A stretch of DNA of 64,000 nucleotides from a virus: positions 9,213 through 73,212 of the IMG/VR virus record IMGVR_UViG_3300005911_000002; one strand, 5' to 3'. Below, in pieces: positions 57,929 to 64,000 of this stretch (position 1 is the first letter of the stretch; every line of letters begins with the position of its first letter). Below the pieces are notes generated by a model. It was given only the letters and a program-made list of their open reading frames with translations, was not told where the DNA came from and searched no databases. A program made the translations under genes and the position numbers.

Positions 57929-60580
57929 TTATGGGATGGGGGTCCCTTTGGCGTAAACTAACACAGTGCCATCATATGAACTATCGTAGTTGCCGTACGC
58001 CAGTAAATTTAAACCTATGCTAGGGTTGAAAACACATACCATGGGGTATGGTTCATCAGTTGTAAATGCATAAGGCGTGCCAAAAGTTATAGAAGTACCC
58101 GACACCGTGCCTATTATTACGATCCCAAGGCCATAACTATAATTGATATCGCCCTTAAATACTATAGTCACCGTACCATTGTCTGAGTTGAAGCAGCAGT
58201 GCCCGTATCTTGTAAAACTACTATGTATTACCACTGGAGTCCCAAAGCTAATAGATGAATCTATTACTGACACCATACCTACTACGGCGGTCGCATAGTT
58301 TGAATTCGCCCCATCGGCGTATTCTATAACTACTTTGTTGTTGACGGAATCGAAGCAGCAAGATGGGTTTAGTGGGGTAGGAGAATCAGTCTCAACATAA
58401 GACCCAAAACTAATAGCTGTACCCGTCACCGTTCCCACGAAAACTGTGTTATTGAATATTACGACTACTCTGTTGTTGTAGGAGTCAAAACAGCAACCAA
58501 TAGAGACTGTAGACAAGATAGACAGGGTTGTCTTAATACCAAAGTCAATGGTTATCCCGGATACTGTGCCTACTATGGCAATTACGGAGCCAACCATATT
58601 GTAACATACCACTACTACCTTGCCATTATCGGAATCAAAGCAACAATCTGAATTCATTGTATGATCAGAATCAATTAGGGTAGCTGTCCCAAAGCTAATA
58701 TCCCAGTGTGAGAACACTGTTCCCACTACAGCATACGAATAGAAAGGATCGGCCCCTTCCCCATACACTACAACTACCTTGTTATTGGTGGAGTCGAAGC
58801 AGCAAGATATGTGGTCTGCAGTGCTCGAACAGAATGCAGTGGGGGTTCCAAAGCGTATGTCTGTCCTAGATGCCACTGCTACTACTGCCATACCTCGATT
58901 AGGTGCAGTATTCTCCCTGTAGCATATGACAACTTTGCCACTCTCTGAATCGTAGCAGATGTCCATTTCTTTCGGGTGCCCTAGAAAAACCTTGGCGGTC
59001 CCAATAATGTCATTTTTGTACAATATTGTCTTATTTATGGCATCCGGTGTTTCCAACATGTCAAGTATCTCCGACATATCATCCACCTTACGGCTTTCAA
59101 CTTCCATGCTACGAGATTCACTGTTACATATGTAATTCCAGGGGTAGTCTTCTACTTCATATACAGTTCCCTGATCCGCACGGACATGCACGCGAGGTTC
59201 GCCTGCCTCCGGGTGCCCCACGGGGTACACACTTCCAGCTTCATAAGCCCATAGATCAGTATCTGCCAACATTACTGTAGCTCCTACATCCACTATGGCT
59301 TCCACAGTATCAATGTCGACATACTCCTGCGTTTGGTAAGACTCTATCCGCTCCAGACTACTCTCCACATTGTAATACAACGGAACTATGTCGCCGCCTG
59401 CAAGGTAATACAACGGGTCTCCCGGATCCTCTGCGTAGTAATAATTAACCTGCTTCACTACTGAAAGTCCATATGTAACATTGCGCGGGTCGTTGTACAC
59501 AAGACACATGTCAAGCATATGCTCCGACTTGGAGTTATATTTAAAATAATAAAATGCATCATCGGGAACTTCAACTTCTTCCCATATGTCAAGGAACGCT
59601 TCTATAGTATAGTCTGTGTGCGATGGTTTGATTTTGTCCATGAATTTAATAATATTACCCAGAGCATCTTGGTCATCGGACGCCCACAAATGATTCATGT
59701 CTACCCAAACAGCAAAGTGATTATACTTCCTAATTTCCCAGTATGTTTCATTGTACTGTGCGTAAGGGACAACTGGGTAGTTGGGCCCTCTCTGGTACCA
59801 GTGGGGATTACGTATATAATCATCTACCCACACAGCTTCTGATATAAGATCAAATTTTTTAACAGGGTCGCCAACAGCAACTCTAAGAGCTACATTCTTG
59901 GCCCACTGATACTCAAACCCGTTAGAATCAGATACAGTGCCACCAAATAAACTGCTTGGGTCCGTATCATATGTAATTGCCGTAACTATCCCATCGTCGT
60001 AGAAAAACGGAGCATCGCTTACTATGTGCGCCCCCATTTCTTCATTGGCTATCTGTGGTCCGCCCCATAAGGCCAACCATACACCCTGCACTCTACGCAA
60101 GTATTTGAAGGAGCTGATACCATCATTAGTGAAATCTATGAGGTCCCCGAACGTATCCTCGATCATTCCCGGGTCTATCCGGAGTTCGGCAGCCCACAGC
60201 ACCGCGGTAGTTGGGGTAGACTTAAATGCTATTACCCCTGAATTCGGGTAAACTATATAATCCTCTATCGGAAATAGAACCGTGGAGGGGTTATCATAAT
60301 TATCCGTGAGTAGAGGTATGTCTACGATGTCGGAACTTATTGCGTATGCCTCTGGGTATGTAGTCGGATCAGGAGACTCTATGGTGTCGGTAAAGTTGTG
60401 TACAACGTACATGTCTGTTATAGTAACAGGCGTGTATTCTATGGACTTTCCGAGGTTAACCTCGTATAGGTGAGTGTACATATACCCGACGGAAGACACA
60501 TACCCGTTCCAAACGCGCTCTATGTCCTCCCTGCCAACATACATGTTCCAGAAAGAATCAAGGAAATCAAAAAAAGCCAT
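57929..60580 (-). CDS. Baseplate wedge protein with C-terminal beta-propeller-like repeats
   Basis: KIKPSHT wedge motif; about 6 repeats of CCFDSxNNKVV..GTVSG..I.FGT. Confidence 0.65.
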   Translation of the reverse strand: MAFFDFLDSFWNMYVGREDIERVWNGYVSSVGYMYTHLYEVNLGKSIEYTPVTITDMYVVHNFTDTIESPDPTTYPEAYAISSDIVDIPLLTDNYDNPSTVLFPIEDYIVYPNSGVIAFKSTPTTAVLWAAELRIDPGMIEDTFGDLIDFTNDGISSFKYLRRVQGVWLALWGGPQIANEEMGAHIVSDAPFFYDDGIVTAITYDTDPSSLFGGTVSDSNGFEYQWAKNVALRVAVGDPVKKFDLISEAVWVDDYIRNPHWYQRGPNYPVVPYAQYNETYWEIRKYNHFAVWVDMNHLWASDDQDALGNIIKFMDKIKPSHTDYTIEAFLDIWEEVEVPDDAFYYFKYNSKSEHMLDMCLVYNDPRNVTYGLSVVKQVNYYYAEDPGDPLYYLAGGDIVPLYYNVESSLERIESYQTQEYVDIDTVEAIVDVGATVMLADTDLWAYEAGSVYPVGHPEAGEPRVHVRADQGTVYEVEDYPWNYICNSESRSMEVESRKVDDMSEILDMLETPDAINKTILYKNDIIGTAKVFLGHPKEMDICYDSESGKVVICYRENTAPNRGMAVVAVASRTDIRFGTPTAFCSSTADHISCCFDSTNNKVVVVYGEGADPFYSYAVVGTVFSHWDISFGTATLIDSDHTMNSDCCFDSDNGKVVVVCYNMVGSVIAIVGTVSGITIDFGIKTTLSILSTVSIGCCFDSYNNRVVVIFNNTVFVGTVTGTAISFGSYVETDSPTPLNPSCCFDSVNNKVVIEYADGANSNYATAVVGMVSVIDSSISFGTPVVIHSSFTRYGHCCFNSDNGTVTIVFKGDINYSYGLGIVIIGTVSGTSITFGTPYAFTTDEPYPMVCVFNPSIGLNLLAYGNYDSSYDGTVLVYAKGTPIP

Positions 60581-60593
60581 TTATGTCCTCCAA

Positions 60594-62039
60594 CTAAGTT
60601 ATCTTAGATACGTTTATGTCACCTGGGTAGTAGATATTCAAATAATTTATAGCATGTTCTGAATCAATTACCTCAGATACACCAGCCACCTCTTTGGTTG
60701 CTACTCTTACGGCTACTGAATACGGCTTCTCAATGTAACTAACCAGCCCAGTATCATATAGATGGCTTACCATATCAGTACTCTCCCATGCTGTTTCCAA
60801 CAGTTTGTTATCCAATATGTAGGAAGATAGGGCCGCTAGTACCTGCACTTCAGTCCCAGTCCCACGATAATTAAATGTTATATCTAACCATGCAGGTAGC
60901 AGGTTATATATAACATGGTTGGCATTGCTTACTCGGTTATCAATGCTCAAAACATAGTCCTGTACGTCAGATATAGTTGGATTAAATACATAGAAAATTT
61001 GAATTGCTGTTCCTACATGCGGTGTGCCAATAGTTATGGTCATCTCCTGGTACACTGAATAGTTTTCTTCTATTTTATTAGAATTAACAGTTACTGTGTA
61101 ATCCACCCCTTCTGCAAGAGAATATATAGTGGGTTCGTATGTTACAGAGTCTATAACTCGAATTTCGGATATAGCTAATACAGGTGTATCAACTATCATA
61201 TATGTAGGGTCATCCCCCTCGGCAGCTTTTTTAATGTTTATTGTTGCGGGGATATTTAGAAACACCTTGGACGCGTACGCCTTGGATGATGTATCTATAT
61301 AATGGTCTACTAGACCACCCATATGCTGCCCGAGAAAAATATCACGTAACATTTCAGGATCGCCAGTGCCTACTATATCCATACGTAAAATTTCTGGGAA
61401 AGCCCTGGTAAGTATTGTAAATGAACCATCGTCACGAAGAAGCGTCCGCTCCCCTATTGCACGTTTCGACGCGATATACAACTCCTCGTTTGTTTCCTCG
61501 CTAACTCCGCCGGATATAGCAGTTATATTCTCTATCCTAGCTAAGGTTGAAAAAGATATTGTGGTTTTAAATATACTGTTTAACTCTGTTACGTTGGAAT
61601 CAGGTCCTTGGTCGTACGCTTCCACGGGAACATCCATGTAATAAAAAATACCATCTATGTTGTATTGCATATTCTGTGCTGTCATAGATACTTCTGAGGA
61701 TGCGTTGTATATTATATTATCATCCGAGTACACCACGGCACCGTACGGGATAGTCGCTGATGTTGGCTTTGTAAACTGGAATCGCATTGTTCCAGAAGCT
61801 TTAAGACCTTGCTTCCTATCCAGTAGTAAATTCCCAACACCCAGGTCCATCTCATCGTTGCTCATTAGTGCGTAATTTTTAAGACTCTGACTTAACCTAA
61901 CACGATCTATTTCTTGTAGTAGAGGATCCATTAGCAGTATGTGCGGTTTAATTAGTAGATCTCTTACCACTGTTCCGGGCCTTATGTCGGTTATGCCCTG
62001 GCCCACCAAATTCGTTTTTATATATTCTAAAATATCCAT
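60594..62039 (-). CDS. Baseplate J-like protein
   Basis: PGTVVRDL, R..G.KASG, VEA...G..SN, GG..EETNEEL. Confidence 0.85.
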   Translation of the reverse strand: MDILEYIKTNLVGQGITDIRPGTVVRDLLIKPHILLMDPLLQEIDRVRLSQSLKNYALMSNDEMDLGVGNLLLDRKQGLKASGTMRFQFTKPTSATIPYGAVVYSDDNIIYNASSEVSMTAQNMQYNIDGIFYYMDVPVEAYDQGPDSNVTELNSIFKTTISFSTLARIENITAISGGVSEETNEELYIASKRAIGERTLLRDDGSFTILTRAFPEILRMDIVGTGDPEMLRDIFLGQHMGGLVDHYIDTSSKAYASKVFLNIPATINIKKAAEGDDPTYMIVDTPVLAISEIRVIDSVTYEPTIYSLAEGVDYTVTVNSNKIEENYSVYQEMTITIGTPHVGTAIQIFYVFNPTISDVQDYVLSIDNRVSNANHVIYNLLPAWLDITFNYRGTGTEVQVLAALSSYILDNKLLETAWESTDMVSHLYDTGLVSYIEKPYSVAVRVATKEVAGVSEVIDSEHAINYLNIYYPGDINVSKIT

Positions 62040-62075
62040 ATTCGTATTATATCACAGAAGAAATACTTTGTCGAT

Positions 62076-62105
62076 AAAGAAAAAGCCTCCTCGTTAGAGG
62101 AGGCT
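62076..62105 (-). terminator. Intrinsic terminator
   Basis: 9-bp stem AGCCTCCTC/GAGGAGGCT with U-tract on the minus strand. Confidence 0.85.
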
Positions 62106-62205
62106 ACTGTCACAATCAAATCCATGCCGGTGTGTGCCATGCATAGTTAATATTAATATACCTTAGTATATCCTACTGAATGTACGTAAGTCAACTACTT
62201 TTTTT

Positions 62206-62355
62206 TTAATTCAAACACTTTTTTTTTAATTCAAACACTTTTCTTGCTTTACGCTCTTCATCTTTTCCAGGATTCCAGTTTTTTATCGGTCTATAAAATC
62301 CTGTAACTCTTGAATATACGTCTGTACTCTTACCACATACCTTCTTCTTATCCAT
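62206..62355 (-). CDS. 49-aa stand-alone NrdD glycyl-radical peptide (not in ORF track)
   Basis: MDKKKVCGKSTDVYSRVTGFYRPIKNWNPGKDEERKARKVFELKKKCLN; TAATG overlap with the lysozyme stop. Confidence 0.88.
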   Translation of the reverse strand: MDKKKVCGKSTDVYSRVTGFYRPIKNWNPGKDEERKARKVFELKKKCLN

Positions 62356-63299
62356 TAAATATCTCCCCCAAGATTTACTATTATAGGCTTTCCGCCCTTA
62401 CTAAGTATAGCATAGGAATCGCTACTTAGGAGTTCTTTTATTTTACTTTCTGTGCCTGGTCGTTCGATTTCAAGTAGACGTATAGACTCCGTAAGGGCGT
62501 CCCCAGCAAGTATGCTCAGCTGCTTTTCGCCGATAAGGAGTGTGTACTGAGGGTATATTTTGTATTCGGCGCTAGTATTCTTACCGCTAGCAACAAACGC
62601 ATCTAACACCGAATCCCCTTCTTTAACTCGGGTCGCAGGTTTATCTACGAAATCTTGCATAGTATTTTCGTGTGGGTTCTGGACTATCCCAAAACTCTGG
62701 TTATCAAGCCACTTGTTAAACTTGACACACCTGTTTATCCAACCACGTAAATAATGTGACTGTTTTTCCCCAAGGTGGGAATACCTATCGAGCCGAGCAT
62801 TTCGCATTTGCATATAAAATCTCAAGTCTAACAATGTGTTTTTAAATGCTTTCTCAGTCCGCGCACCAAATGCACCGTCCACCATTATATTCTTGTTATC
62901 GTGGTAGTAGTTTATGGCCTGCTGGAGAACTTTTATAGCTCCGCCCTTGCCCATGTTAATGTTCATATCATAGAATAGCCAGTTCATAGGTTCCGGGAGT
63001 TTCTCACAGAATGTACCAGCGTAGTACTTCTGGTGCAAATACTCTGCGGCAGAATCCAGTACTTCTGGACAACCTTGTATTGCTTTCACTATCTCCACCA
63101 ACTCCTCGTCCGGATCAAATAAGTCATCTCGGTCCAACATTAAAAGGAGATTATCAACGATGTCCCAACCATCCCACTCCTTATTGTAGTTCCGGGCTAT
63201 ACCGTAAACAGTCTGCCCCCCTTTATCCCGAGGGTCATCTGAATACACACCCTCCAATTCCTCAATAATAACTGATAATACATTATGTACTCGTGACAT
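62355..63299 (-). CDS. Glycoside hydrolase family 108 lysozyme with peptidoglycan-binding segment
   Basis: EGVYSDDPRDKGGQTVYGI, D..INMG, VDG.FG..T, GWINR; start moved to ATG 63299 (AGGGGGA SD). Confidence 0.88.
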   Translation of the reverse strand: MSRVHNVLSVIIEELEGVYSDDPRDKGGQTVYGIARNYNKEWDGWDIVDNLLLMLDRDDLFDPDEELVEIVKAIQGCPEVLDSAAEYLHQKYYAGTFCEKLPEPMNWLFYDMNINMGKGGAIKVLQQAINYYHDNKNIMVDGAFGARTEKAFKNTLLDLRFYMQMRNARLDRYSHLGEKQSHYLRGWINRCVKFNKWLDNQSFGIVQNPHENTMQDFVDKPATRVKEGDSVLDAFVASGKNTSAEYKIYPQYTLLIGEKQLSILAGDALTESIRLLEIERPGTESKIKELLSSDSYAILSKGGKPIIVNLGGDI

Positions 63300-63990
63300 A
63301 TTTCCCCCTAATGGCACCCACGTGCCCGTCCATGATACAAATCGGGTCATCTAAATCAATCTCTATTAGATCCCCAAACTGTTCTATAATAGTCCCAGTT
63401 CCATCCGGATCTCTAAAGACAACCCGGTAACCGCCGTCTATAGATTCATTGATAAAACAAATCTTCTCAGCTATAAGTCCCACTATGGATATTCGCCTAG
63501 CGCTTTCCAACATGTCGCAGTAGTAAACATACCCGTAGGGTTCCCTATAACATGAAGCCTCAAGGAACAGCAGGGCCTCGGCTCTAGTCTTTAGACTGAG
63601 TATCGCCTCTTTCTTCGGAGTAAAGTCCCATGGGGACGGAATATACTCTGCGGGAACCTCAACTGGGAAATCACAGAGCATCTTCTCACGACCAATGTCT
63701 GTGAGTACGTACCCACCTGATCCATGCTGAACTTCGCCGTAGCCGCAACATATCCCAAGACAATGTCCGTCGATCTGATTTTTAGATCGGAGACACTTCC
63801 CAATGTTCCCCGCCCCTGCGAACGTAAACGACACAAGTGACTTTTCTTTACGAATACTCGTTATCTTACCTACTTTGATAATACCGTCTACCAAGTGCAG
63901 AACCCTCTTACCAAGTATATTCTCGTCGATAGGTTTCCATGCAAAGGAATCTGCCATCAATATTTCCGCCCCATGTTTCACAATAGCCAT
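63283..63990 (-). CDS. Stand-alone degenerate intein/Hint-like protein
   Basis: GAEILMADSFAWKPID resembles the intein N-terminus; IEIDLDD..IMDG resembles blocks F/G; no catalytic C1 or HN. Confidence 0.45.
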   Translation of the reverse strand: MAIVKHGAEILMADSFAWKPIDENILGKRVLHLVDGIIKVGKITSIRKEKSLVSFTFAGAGNIGKCLRSKNQIDGHCLGICCGYGEVQHGSGGYVLTDIGREKMLCDFPVEVPAEYIPSPWDFTPKKEAILSLKTRAEALLFLEASCYREPYGYVYYCDMLESARRISIVGLIAEKICFINESIDGGYRVVFRDPDGTGTIIEQFGDLIEIDLDDPICIMDGHVGAIRGKYVTST

Positions 63991-64000
63991 AATAGTCCCC

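Noticed and set aside
62199-62240. 20-bp tandem duplication as a regulatory element
   Set aside because: Probably a slippage duplication at T-runs, or an assembly artefact; it only changes the last residues of the peptide.
1-64000. Alternative genetic code and the many antisense ORFs in the track
   Set aside because: Long genes are intact in code 11 and end with all three stop codons; antisense ORFs shadow well-supported genes and lack motifs.

Overview
A 64-kb segment of a large contractile-tailed (myovirus-like) bacteriophage genome, read in genetic code 11. 0-9.7 kb is replication and nucleotide metabolism: ThyX, XRE regulator, dNMP kinase, SNF2 helicase, recombination protein, PD-(D/E)XK nuclease and family A DNA polymerase. 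9.8-20.4 kb on the minus strand holds three modular proteins and a single-chain, bacterial-like beta-beta' RNA polymerase. 20.5-21.0 kb is an iteron/AT-rich, origin-like region. 21.5-33 kb is the head and neck module (prohead protease, ChaB, scaffold, capsid). Next come an unexplained ~375-nt structured RNA, an IS607 element (TnpA/TnpB), tail sheath and tube, and a class III RNR with a mini-intein. 43.5-64 kb on the minus strand is a baseplate/tape-measure module that also carries a sigma factor, a GH108 lysozyme and a stand-alone Hint-like protein. Main leads: (1) a pervasive K-x-A motif punctuates head-associated proteins and separates domains, suggesting protease-matured virion polyproteins; (2) NrdD lacks its glycyl-radical tail, which is encoded as an unannotated 49-aa ORF 19 kb away; (3) a large unassigned ncRNA with its own promoter and terminator; (4) a fused RNAP plus sigma, with sigma70-type promoters in front of structural genes. 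All calls come from reading motifs by eye; no database search was run.
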